DNA from: Candidatus Thorarchaeota archaeon
GTDB taxonomy: Archaea > Asgardarchaeota > Thorarchaeia > Thorarchaeales > Thorarchaeaceae
DNA: 64,000 nt
Assembly: GCA_016839605.1 (NCBI GenBank)
Contig: JAEOTX010000039.1
Location: forward strand, 53,541 to 117,540
Direction: 5' to 3'
Shown here: positions 55,460 to 64,000 of the stretch, piece after piece
Layout of the letters: each line of letters opens with the position of its first letter
Numbering within the stretch: the first letter of the stretch is position 1
Notes under the pieces: model-generated
The model's database searches: none
Told to the model about the DNA's origin: nothing
What the model saw: the letters and a program-made list of their open reading frames with translations, nothing else
Program-made: the position numbers and the translations under genes

Positions 55460-56590
55460 TCAAGCTCTACTCGCAGTCCAATCATAAGCTTCTTGAATTG
55501 GTGAACATCCTCCGCAGCGGTGGCAACCAGCTAGTGTTTCACTTGGATTAATGTTCCACTTATGGAGGGCGTTGCCTACTTCCTGATAGAGTTTCAGTGA
55601 TTCTTCGAGCTTGCCCACATATGTAGGTGTGAAGTCAGATAGCTGACTTCCCGGAGCTGGACGAAAAGGAGCCACAATCGGAACTACACCAGCTTCTGCA
55701 AGTTCTTGAGCCAAACTGATTGTCTTGCGCACCTTTTCCCCAAGACCATGCAGGATGAAAGTACTCACGTTCCCCCGGTCAAAGTAGTCCAAAGCATATA
55801 ACCAGCTCTTGCGATAGAGGTCTAGTGAACCATATTCATACTTGCCGGGACACATTTCTTTTCGAATTGCGCCATCAGCACTTTCAATGTGCATGCCAAT
55901 CGCATTCGCTCCAGCTCTGGAAAGCTCTCTGATTATCTCCCTATTCATGGGAGGTTCAATTTGAACACCGATTGGCAAGTCACTAACTTCACGAATCTCC
56001 TTGATTATCGCCACCAGTCGTTCCCCGCCCATGTCTGGAGTATCAGGAGTTCCTGTTGTGAGAAGAATATCCGTGATGATACCATCCTTTTCTGCCGCCT
56101 GCACAACTTCTGCCATTTGATCTGGCGACTTATCAAGCACAGTATCGCCTCGTAGATGCGATGTAGGTACAGTGCAGAATTTACATTGAGTCCCACATTC
56201 CCAGTATTTGCATGCCTGGTAGGCTGTTGTGGCTAGTGTACTATGACAGTGAAGTAATGCAATCTGTTGATACGGAATACCATCAGCTGTCATTCCATTC
56301 AGAAATTTGGGACGAGCGACAGCTTTGATCTCTATTCCACCGTCGTATATCCATTTTGCAGGATCTTCTGTTGGCTCGAGCAATGCAGAACCGAATCGTT
56401 TAGCAATCTCACCCCTGCGGATAGGAATTCCACAATGACGGCCATTTGGCAAGACAAAGTATCTTCCACCCACAGGACCAGCGCCTCCTTTCCTTCCAGA
56501 GTATTCACTCTCAGGAAGTGTAGCACCCTCTGTAAGAAGGCGAACTTTGAGGCGTAGGATGTCTTTGGCGTCCATTGTGCTCTTCTCCAC
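55460..56590 (-). CDS. Radical SAM protein, MSMEG_0568-like
   Basis: RKGGAGP, IALLH, Cx8Cx2C (CKYWECGTQCKFC), LLTTGT, C-terminal AGCHRCGGCS. Confidence 0.85.
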   Translation of the reverse strand: MEKSTMDAKDILRLKVRLLTEGATLPESEYSGRKGGAGPVGGRYFVLPNGRHCGIPIRRGEIAKRFGSALLEPTEDPAKWIYDGGIEIKAVARPKFLNGMTADGIPYQQIALLHCHSTLATTAYQACKYWECGTQCKFCTVPTSHLRGDTVLDKSPDQMAEVVQAAEKDGIITDILLTTGTPDTPDMGGERLVAIIKEIREVSDLPIGVQIEPPMNREIIRELSRAGANAIGMHIESADGAIRKEMCPGKYEYGSLDLYRKSWLYALDYFDRGNVSTFILHGLGEKVRKTISLAQELAEAGVVPIVAPFRPAPGSQLSDFTPTYVGKLEESLKLYQEVGNALHKWNINPSETLAGCHRCGGCSPIQEAYDWTASRA

Positions 56591-56626
56591 GGTAACTCGC
56601 GCCTTAATCTGTCTTCACCTGTGTAC

Positions 56627-57733
56627 CTACTCATCCTCTAAAGTCAGCGAAACAAGCTCTGGTAAGTCTAGGACTCTTATCTCATCTCCAGACTGAGAAG
56701 CCAGCATATTCCTGCAAAATGGACATGCTGTTACAACCATATCTGCACCCACATCCATAGCTTGGCGAATTCGCTCATTCCCTATGGCCTTAGCCTTTTC
56801 CGGGAATAAGAGACGCATTCCAGCACCATTGCCACAGCACATGGCATTATCCGCATGACGCTCCATTTCGACGACTTTCCTACCCGTGACTTTTTGAATC
56901 ACATTGCGGGGAGCATCGTAGACGTCCATATGTCTGCCCAAATGACATGGGTCATGGTATGTAACCTTTCCTTCAATCCTCGCTGTTTTCAGGTCCTTGA
57001 TTTTCGTTTCTAGAAACTCACTGAGGTGGCTCACCTGTGAGTTCAGTTTTAATCCATGCGACGCATAGTCCTGCTTCAACACTCTATAACAGCCGGGGCA
57101 GGTTGTGACTATCTCTTCAACGTCAAGTGAGTTTAGGACTTCTACATTATGACGAGCTTGCTCAAGAGCCTCGTCAATAAATCCCGTTCTTAGTAAGGGG
57201 GATCCACAACACCACTCATCAGGGATGACTATATCGAAACCTAAGGAATCTAGAAGTTTGACAGTGCTCTCCACAATCTCCTTTTCTCGATAAGCAGAGG
57301 TGCAACCAGTGAAGTAGGCAATTCTTTTACCCTTTTTCGGAGAAACCTCAATCCAATCGCTCCTCGCGTTATGAGCTTCGCCAAAGGGATTGTGATGTTC
57401 AACAACGTTGGCAACAAGAGAAGTCAGGCCAGCAGGGTGTCTACCCTCCTTAACAAGCTCAGTTCTGCGGTGTTCCACTATCTCAGCGATATCAATCTCA
57501 GGCAGACACCAAGTCAAACAATGTGCGCATTCAAGACACTGATAGAGGACCTCAATTCCTCTTTCATCCAATTGCCTTGTTCCCTTGATTTCCTGATGGA
57601 TGAGGAGTGCTCTCCCATGAGGTGTGGGAGAGTCAGACCGCCAGGCAAAGAATGTTGGACAAACGTGTCTGCACATTTTGGGGCAGGCACTGCACATCCG
57701 AACTTGACTTGGAATCTTTTCCGGGTCGATCAA
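56627..57733 (-). CDS. (Fe-S)-binding CCG-domain protein (GlpC/HdrD-like)
   Basis: CSACPKMCRHVCP, CLECAHC...C, CCG motifs, YHDPCHLGR. Confidence 0.9.
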   Translation of the reverse strand: MIDPEKIPSQVRMCSACPKMCRHVCPTFFAWRSDSPTPHGRALLIHQEIKGTRQLDERGIEVLYQCLECAHCLTWCLPEIDIAEIVEHRRTELVKEGRHPAGLTSLVANVVEHHNPFGEAHNARSDWIEVSPKKGKRIAYFTGCTSAYREKEIVESTVKLLDSLGFDIVIPDEWCCGSPLLRTGFIDEALEQARHNVEVLNSLDVEEIVTTCPGCYRVLKQDYASHGLKLNSQVSHLSEFLETKIKDLKTARIEGKVTYHDPCHLGRHMDVYDAPRNVIQKVTGRKVVEMERHADNAMCCGNGAGMRLLFPEKAKAIGNERIRQAMDVGADMVVTACPFCRNMLASQSGDEIRVLDLPELVSLTLEDE

Positions 57734-59151
57734 TCTCGCACCCCCAATCCAAGCTTTCCCGGATTCATTATTCCTTTTGGATCTAACACCTTCTTAATTC
57801 GCCTGAGTACATCAAAGGCTGAACCCATATCGCCTTCAGTATATGTTGTACGCGAAAGCCCGACACCATGCTGATGGCTCATGGTACCACCTTCTCTAAG
57901 ACACGCAGCCACTCCATCATCCCAAATCCTACGATATGTAGCCCAAGCGGTTTCTGCATCAGGTTGGTTTGTGAAGAAAATCATGTAGATGCTTCCGCCA
58001 TTTTGGTACATGTGAGAGAAATGGGACATGACAATCGCATCATGTTCCTCCATTGCTTTTTTCATCGCATAGTAGACATTCTCAAGCTTGTCATATGTTG
58101 CAACTATGTCAATTGTGTCCCCTATCGCATAGCCTGATGTCGTTAGGCGATTTGGATAGTACATATCATAGCGATGTTCCCACCATCTCTTTGAAGGACC
58201 CTCCCCGAAATCTTTGCCCCCTTTAGAGAGACAGACTTCCACAGACTTTGACTCTGAGAGGTCATTCTCAGCAGGAGTGCCATCAAATCCCAGCATCAAC
58301 ATGCAATCGCCTTCGTCAACATCGAAATGATTAGCAACGAACATGGCCGTATCTTCAGGATCGTAGAGGCGAACTAGCGATGGAGTCACGTGTCGGAAAA
58401 TCTCTCTGATTGCGGTTAGACCGCTATGTACATCCGGAAAAGCCATACTTCGAAACCGGCGCTCATCTGGAATCGGAAACATTCGAAGTGTAGCTTCAGT
58501 AATGACGCCTAGAGTGCCCTCGGAACCGATGAAGAGTTGCTTCAAATCAGGACCAACTGAGTGTCTAGGAACAGCTTTGGTCCGAATCACGCTGCCATCA
58601 GCCAGAACAGTCTCGAGTCCCAGCGTCAAGTCCTCTATTTTTCCGTAAAGGGAGGAAAGAGACCCTCCAGACCGTGTTGCTATGAAGCCTCCAACATTTG
58701 AGGCTCTGAGAGATGTGGGAGTATGGCCCATTGTATAGCCATGCCGGTTTACAGCCTCTTCCAGGTCAATCCCAACAATGCCAGACTGGACTGTGATTAG
58801 CATTGACTCATGGTCAATATTGAGTATCTTATCCATCCGCTTCAAGTCGAGCTGTATCCCGCCATAAATCGGGAGAGTTCCACCGCATGTACCTGCTCCG
58901 CCTCCCACTGGAGTGACTGGAATCTCCATCTCATTTGCTACCTTTAGGACTTCAGCAACTTCTCCTGTGGATGCGGGAAAGACGACTAGGTCTGCAAGTG
59001 GAAGAGATTCACCAGCCCTAATCTTGGCTTCACTAAGGGGCCATGCGTCATGTGCATTTAGCACTGTGTCGGTCTCGTGAACTGTAACATTCTCAGGTCC
59101 GACAATGGATTCTATCCGCTTCATAAGCCTAGTCTTTATCTTAGAGTCCAA
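57730..59151 (-). CDS. FAD-linked oxidoreductase, alkyl-dihydroxyacetonephosphate synthase-like
   Basis: GGFIATRSGG..YGKIED, GSEGTLGVIT, SHFSHMY..G.SIY, SHQHGVG, DPKGIMNPGK. Confidence 0.8.
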   Translation of the reverse strand: MDSKIKTRLMKRIESIVGPENVTVHETDTVLNAHDAWPLSEAKIRAGESLPLADLVVFPASTGEVAEVLKVANEMEIPVTPVGGGAGTCGGTLPIYGGIQLDLKRMDKILNIDHESMLITVQSGIVGIDLEEAVNRHGYTMGHTPTSLRASNVGGFIATRSGGSLSSLYGKIEDLTLGLETVLADGSVIRTKAVPRHSVGPDLKQLFIGSEGTLGVITEATLRMFPIPDERRFRSMAFPDVHSGLTAIREIFRHVTPSLVRLYDPEDTAMFVANHFDVDEGDCMLMLGFDGTPAENDLSESKSVEVCLSKGGKDFGEGPSKRWWEHRYDMYYPNRLTTSGYAIGDTIDIVATYDKLENVYYAMKKAMEEHDAIVMSHFSHMYQNGGSIYMIFFTNQPDAETAWATYRRIWDDGVAACLREGGTMSHQHGVGLSRTTYTEGDMGSAFDVLRRIKKVLDPKGIMNPGKLGLGVRD

Positions 59152-59161
59152 TATTCACCCC

Positions 59162-60397
59162 TCACTTCTTAGGTAGTCGCTGAGCAATGAAGACCATGAG
59201 GTCATCCACCTCAACTGAACTGCCACTCTTGAACAGATTAGCCTCAATCTGTGCAGTACAGAGAGGGCAAGGTGCTACCAATCGCTCTGCTCCAGTCTTG
59301 TCAATAGATATCAGGTTCTCTTGGACGACTGAATCTGCAACGTCCTTTGAATGATATGCAACTAGACCCCCACCTCCACAGCAGGAGTCTTCAGCTTCGG
59401 ATATGGCAACCTTGACTCCGCTAATCACTTTCAGAATTTCGATTGCATCCTGCATAGTTCGCCGAGAAGTGTGCCTTATGAGATGACATGGATCATGTAC
59501 AGTCACCGTGACTTCACTGAATTCCTTAGAAGAACCAAGAGCTTGTTTCAGTCTGTCCAGACCAACCTCTTCAGCGAGATACTCCACCATGTGGTAGACA
59601 GGGATGCTCCATTGGTCTTGCAGGCTGATATCGGAAATATTGGATGTGCAGCCAGCACACGTTGTAACAACCTTCTTGACTCCTAGTCCTGCGACCTTTT
59701 CCTTTAGCAATCCAGCCAATCGCTGAGAGGTCTCATCATCACCCATAAGCGCTGAGGGTAGCCCGCAACAGCTCATATCATCAAGTAGAGTGTAGTCTAC
59801 ATCAAAGTAGTTGAGAACTACTTTCGCTGCCTCTCGGACCTCTTGAGCTCGTTCCTCAGCTTGGCAACCGGGATAGAACAGGACTTCGGCGTTTTTCTTG
59901 ATGATGTCTTCAGTATAGGGAATATCTAGGCGTTCAAGCCGCACGTCGCGACTCTCGACCTTCTCTTCAGGATCTTCCCAAGGCTCGAACGCTAGATTGT
60001 GTTCCACGATGATTTCTCTAACCATATGAAGGCCTTTTGGAACCAAATCGGGACGATGTTCGAAGATTCGCGCCCGTACAAGGTTGACAACTTCTGGAAC
60101 ATTGACATTCTTTGGACATACTTCTCTGCAAGTTCCACACCCCGTGCAGAGGTAGATCTTGTCAGCGGTGGACCAAAACTCAGGAGGAGAACGGCTGAGT
60201 TCCACAGCTATGCTTCTTGGACCTGTAAATCGGTCCACTCCAACCGCTGCGACAACAGGACAATGGTTGATGCAAAGACCGCAGTTGATACAACCTTCGA
60301 CTGAATGAACAATCTCAATCTCATTCTTGTGGTAAGGTGTGATTCGTTCTTCCTTCAGGGTGTTCTTCACAAACTCGAAGGCTTCCTCTTCGGTCAC
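59162..60397 (-). CDS. glpC: Anaerobic glycerol-3-phosphate dehydrogenase subunit C-like
   Basis: Two CxxCxxCxxxCP ferredoxin motifs plus CCG domains; directly downstream of glpAB. Confidence 0.8.
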   Translation of the reverse strand: MTEEEAFEFVKNTLKEERITPYHKNEIEIVHSVEGCINCGLCINHCPVVAAVGVDRFTGPRSIAVELSRSPPEFWSTADKIYLCTGCGTCREVCPKNVNVPEVVNLVRARIFEHRPDLVPKGLHMVREIIVEHNLAFEPWEDPEEKVESRDVRLERLDIPYTEDIIKKNAEVLFYPGCQAEERAQEVREAAKVVLNYFDVDYTLLDDMSCCGLPSALMGDDETSQRLAGLLKEKVAGLGVKKVVTTCAGCTSNISDISLQDQWSIPVYHMVEYLAEEVGLDRLKQALGSSKEFSEVTVTVHDPCHLIRHTSRRTMQDAIEILKVISGVKVAISEAEDSCCGGGGLVAYHSKDVADSVVQENLISIDKTGAERLVAPCPLCTAQIEANLFKSGSSVEVDDLMVFIAQRLPKK

Positions 60398-61795
60398 CTA
60401 GCTCACCTCCTTCGCCATTCTAGCCGCATTGCGCCCTGCAGCAAGTCCTGTACTCAAGGCGACACCTAGCCCACTCTTTTCCAAAGAGTAGTTGTACTTT
60501 GCCAGAATCGATCCTGCGCAGAAGAGATTCTTGGCTCTTTCAACACCATCTGCATCAATTGGTCGAAAGTCCATGTCAACTGCTAGACCAGCACCAAGTA
60601 CAGCATGACCATCGGGACTGAGCGAGAAAACGTTGGTATGATACACTGGACGGACTTCCTCAGCTGGATGTAGATTTGTAGTCACAGGCATAAGATCAAG
60701 CACGGTCTCTCTGATACCATTCTCGTCGGCCTCTAGTCCGCCTCCTATGAATTTCCCAGATGCAAGAATAACGGTTTTGGGAGAAATAGTCACCTCTCGG
60801 CGTGGGCTCTGAGCGACGACACTCTCAATCATGTCGTTCTTGAAAATTGCTGATCTCGCTTGATGTCCGATGAGAAGTGTTCCTCCAGCATTCTTGAACG
60901 TTCGATCCATTGCTCTCTGGAGCCTGAAACCTGGTACAGAAGGAGGAAGTGCTACCAGCTCAAACACCTCTACGCCTAATTCCTTCTGAAGCTCAGCTTT
61001 ATTCTGTAATGCCTGTTCAATTCCAAGAACTGGCGGAATTGCAACATGAGTGGCTCCCAGTTGGTCCACATGCTTCTTGATTGCCGCAGCAAGGTCAACC
61101 ATAGACCCGTCATGGTCGAAATGTCTGGCAAGCTCAATCGAGGAGATATTGTAGGGTTTGCCAAATGGGGAAATTTCTAGTACACAGTGCCCTACTTTGT
61201 GGGGGGGCTTACCAGTGCGAAGTTGATTCTCAAGGTATGCTCTCGTGGTAGATAGTGCGTTAAATTCCGCGTGCCCACGAAAACCAGCAAAGATAAGCAC
61301 ATTGTCAGGATTAGCGTTTAGGGTCTCAGACCACATAGTCTCCTGAATCAGGCATGTTGGCTTAGTAGTTCCAAGGACAGTTATTGGATAGATGTTCCTC
61401 TCAAATCCACCAATGAGAGCAGCGCAGGATCCAGCCAATCGCTCCTTCAGCCAAGAAATCGATTCCTTCACATGTGCTATCACGGATTCCACTACTTTGT
61501 CGTCATCCGCCCCAAATCCGATTATTCCATACGGGTGAAACGGAAACAGAGTTAGGATTGCCCGTAGTCCATCAGAGGGGGTCTTGAATGGCACTTCCGT
61601 ATCTGGTAGGTACTCCTTTAGAGCCAGACCTTCAGGAGGATATCCTATGATGTCTATGGCACCAGATGAATACGCAGTGGCGCTCTGACCAGTTCTCAGC
61701 ATTAAGGTCTCTAAGCCGTTCTCTGCTGCAATGGTACCAGCCGCCAAACCAGCCATGCCACCGCCAATAACTAGGACATCTGGTGTAGTGTTCAG
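60398..61795 (-). CDS. glpB: Anaerobic glycerol-3-phosphate dehydrogenase subunit B
   Basis: DVLVIGGGMAGL (requires extension to CTG at 61795), SSGAID, PPSVPGFRL, LASGKFIGGGL, GLGVAL.TG. Confidence 0.9.
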   Translation of the reverse strand: MNTTPDVLVIGGGMAGLAAGTIAAENGLETLMLRTGQSATAYSSGAIDIIGYPPEGLALKEYLPDTEVPFKTPSDGLRAILTLFPFHPYGIIGFGADDDKVVESVIAHVKESISWLKERLAGSCAALIGGFERNIYPITVLGTTKPTCLIQETMWSETLNANPDNVLIFAGFRGHAEFNALSTTRAYLENQLRTGKPPHKVGHCVLEISPFGKPYNISSIELARHFDHDGSMVDLAAAIKKHVDQLGATHVAIPPVLGIEQALQNKAELQKELGVEVFELVALPPSVPGFRLQRAMDRTFKNAGGTLLIGHQARSAIFKNDMIESVVAQSPRREVTISPKTVILASGKFIGGGLEADENGIRETVLDLMPVTTNLHPAEEVRPVYHTNVFSLSPDGHAVLGAGLAVDMDFRPIDADGVERAKNLFCAGSILAKYNYSLEKSGLGVALSTGLAAGRNAARMAKEVS

Positions 61796-63454
61796 CTAGC
61801 CCACCTCCTCCCAAGGCTTTGGATCATATTCTGTTTCTATCTGGTCAAGATTTCCAACGCATGCGTAGAGGCCTTGCGCCACTTCCTCCTGTGCCAGCTG
61901 GGGACCTCTCATTGGAGGTCTGATTCCTTTCCAACGCTCAGCTCGGAAGTCAAGAATATCCACTAGATAGTCTTCCCCAGTTAAATCGAGTTCATCAGCT
62001 AGGATTGCTGCAGCTTTGTAAGTGCAAAAAGTGCCCTGACACGGCCCAGTTCCGAGCCGAACACGTCGTCGCAAATCATTCAAAGTTTGAGGAAACTCGT
62101 TCCTTATCGAGTACCGAATCTCAGCCTCAATCACAGGCTCGCATGTGCATATTGTAGTTCTCCAATTGGAGTGCTCCTTAACAAGGTCAAGAATCTCCAT
62201 GATCTGGGTTCCCCGACGAGCCCTCAGACGCTCCAAAGCGTGTTGGGAAATATCATATTCCTTTGCTATAGAAAGGACATCTACATCTGATTCCATGCCT
62301 GGGAGAGGCAGCTCATGAGTGGTACATTTGGATTCAACACCCAGTTTCTGACTGATTAGATCTGTAGCTGCTTCAGCCATATGTCGGCACGTGACTAGCT
62401 TGCCGCCTGTGAAACTTACTAGACCAGAAACGCCTTCAGACTCATGATCAATCACTTCATAGCCTCTTGTCACTTCGCCCTCAGGCACCTTCCAAGTAGG
62501 TACAAGGGGCCTAACTCCCTCCATTGTTCTGATTATTCGAGCCTCACGTATTGAGGGAATGATCCATTCTATGCTTTTCAGGAGGTACTCGATTTCATCG
62601 TGTGTCGCAACAAGTGTGTCTGGATCTTCCCAGGTATCGAGAGCAGTTGTTCCAAGGAGTGTGGTGTTCTCATGTGGGAACAGGTAAATCATGCGACCAT
62701 CCACAGCCTTCGTGATAACTCCCACATTCACAACTCGTCTGTCTAAGATTACGTGAGCCCCCTTGTTTAGACGTAGGTCAAGGGTAGCTCCGGCTTGAGC
62801 TGCGATTTTGTGGGCCCAAGGGCCTCCAGCGTTAATTATTGTCTTGGTGGTCGCGCTTTCAATCTCACCCGTGACTCGATTGTAGAATGTGACACTCTCA
62901 ACTGTACTATCACGCACGACAATATCTATGACTTCACAGTAAGTCTTGACGACAGCACCATTCTCTTGTGCATCGAGTGCCTGAAGAAGACACAATCTGA
63001 AGGGGTCGATGAAGTACTCCTCGAAGTACAGGCTTGATATCAAATCTGGATTCAGCAGCGGTTCTATCTCGAGGGCAGCTTCAGGCTCAAGGAACATGAC
63101 CGGTGGTACATCCCTAGATTCAGCTCGTTTGGAATATTCAGCTGCGAAATTGCCACCTGTTGATAGATCGCTCAGTTCGAGGATAGGAGTCAGAATTGGA
63201 TTCTTCATGATGATGTGTCGTGCGATGCGATTGAGATGGACAACTTCTTCCGAACACATGTCCACGATTTCTGGCTCATCCATATACTTGAGACCTGAAG
63301 ATATCATTCCTGCACAGGTTCCTACTGTCGCAGAAGCGATGTCATCACGTTCGAGGAGTAGGGTCTTGAAACCTCTCAGAGCACAATCTCTGGCCACTGC
63401 TGTACCAGTGCTACCTCCGCCAATCACGACCACATCAAAGTCTGATTCACTCAT
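61796..63454 (-). CDS. glpA: Anaerobic glycerol-3-phosphate dehydrogenase subunit A
   Basis: IGGGSTG..ARD.ALRG, GVRPL, TGGKL, C-terminal ICTCE..RLGTGPCQGTFC. ORF track extends to 63469. Confidence 0.92.
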   Translation of the reverse strand: MSESDFDVVVIGGGSTGTAVARDCALRGFKTLLLERDDIASATVGTCAGMISSGLKYMDEPEIVDMCSEEVVHLNRIARHIIMKNPILTPILELSDLSTGGNFAAEYSKRAESRDVPPVMFLEPEAALEIEPLLNPDLISSLYFEEYFIDPFRLCLLQALDAQENGAVVKTYCEVIDIVVRDSTVESVTFYNRVTGEIESATTKTIINAGGPWAHKIAAQAGATLDLRLNKGAHVILDRRVVNVGVITKAVDGRMIYLFPHENTTLLGTTALDTWEDPDTLVATHDEIEYLLKSIEWIIPSIREARIIRTMEGVRPLVPTWKVPEGEVTRGYEVIDHESEGVSGLVSFTGGKLVTCRHMAEAATDLISQKLGVESKCTTHELPLPGMESDVDVLSIAKEYDISQHALERLRARRGTQIMEILDLVKEHSNWRTTICTCEPVIEAEIRYSIRNEFPQTLNDLRRRVRLGTGPCQGTFCTYKAAAILADELDLTGEDYLVDILDFRAERWKGIRPPMRGPQLAQEEVAQGLYACVGNLDQIETEYDPKPWEEVG

Positions 63455-63508
63455 CGTACTCACGACCACTGTGAACTATTCCTGGTTTGACCATTGAAAT
63501 CTCAGCCT

Positions 63509-64000
63509 TCAATAGTGCGCGAGTAGCGTAGAGAGCTCTGCCAGAATAAGCTTGTTGAACACCTCAAATCGCTCTGCATAGACCTTTACGTTCTCAGGAA
63601 TTGGTTTCCTTTTCTCCTCGATATGATACATATTATCAAACGCTTCACCAAATGCGCCATACACACCAGAACCTACTGCTGCAATCATAGCGGCACCAAT
63701 TACCGTGGAGTCACGAGCCCGAGGTAGGATTACCGTTTTGTTGGTACAATCAGCCATAATCTGTCGCCAGAGAGGAGAGTTTGATCCACCTCCATCGATT
63801 CTGAGCTCGTTGAAATTCTGATCGAGCATGACCTCCATTGTCTGTGCATAGAACTGGATTCCATATCCATTGCCCTCCATTATTGCTCGAGCAAAATGAG
63901 CCTTAGTGTGGTCAAAGCCCAGATTATAGAAAATCCCTTTTGTAAATGCCATGAATGGAAAGAACACAAGCCCATCACTGCCAGCAGACACATCCTTTGC
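63509..64000 (-). CDS. FGGY carbohydrate kinase C-terminus (probably glycerol kinase or xylulokinase-like), 5'-partial
   Basis: RAIMEG, LRIDGGGS.S.LW.QI.AD, GAAMIA; frame is open to the window edge. Confidence 0.85.
   Translation of the reverse strand, partial: AKDVSAGSDGLVFFPFMAFTKGIFYNLGFDHTKAHFARAIMEGNGYGIQFYAQTMEVMLDQNFNELRIDGGGSNSPLWRQIMADCTNKTVILPRARDSTVIGAAMIAAVGSGVYGAFGEAFDNMYHIEEKRKPIPENVKVYAERFEVFNKLILAELSTLLAHY

Noticed and set aside
1-64000. CRISPR arrays, tRNA/rRNA genes, transposases, integrases, defence islands
   Set aside because: None recognised by eye. MazG, TatD and CPBP occur in housekeeping contexts. A tRNAscan/Infernal run would be needed to exclude small RNAs.

Overview
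Gene-dense archaeal DNA, most consistent with an Asgard archaeon (probably Thorarchaeia-like). This is inferred from several eukaryotic-signature-like genes (ESCRT-III/Snf7, E2F/DP-like winged helix, longin-domain protein, SNAP-like protein) mixed with typical archaeal housekeeping genes (PGI/PMI, IMPase/FBPase, PAC2, PDCD5-like, TatD). About 60 CDS were identified; no rRNA, tRNA, CRISPR array or transposase was seen. Metabolic blocks are a split oligopeptide ABC transporter (8.7-16.4 kb) and a glycerol/G3P operon with an alkyl-DHAP-synthase-like gene (54.9-64 kb). The most striking region is about 27.3-38.1 kb. It holds three proteins with a Cdc48/p97-N-like domain joined to a vWA domain and no AAA ATPase, an amidohydrolase, a catalytically dead fusion that mirrors its two neighbours, a HEAT protein with four LP-helical repeats, and a fourth vWA protein. 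Immediately next to it is an E2F-like protein with apparent DBD, coiled-coil and marked-box architecture. Other highlights are a glutamate-cysteine-ligase-like enzyme carrying about 6 Ig-like domains, a wHTH-pseudo-PfkB regulator with a perfect palindromic operator facing an ECF S-component, and an intergenic element with two purine-looped hairpins around an AT-rich core. All family calls come from manual motif recognition; no database searches were run.
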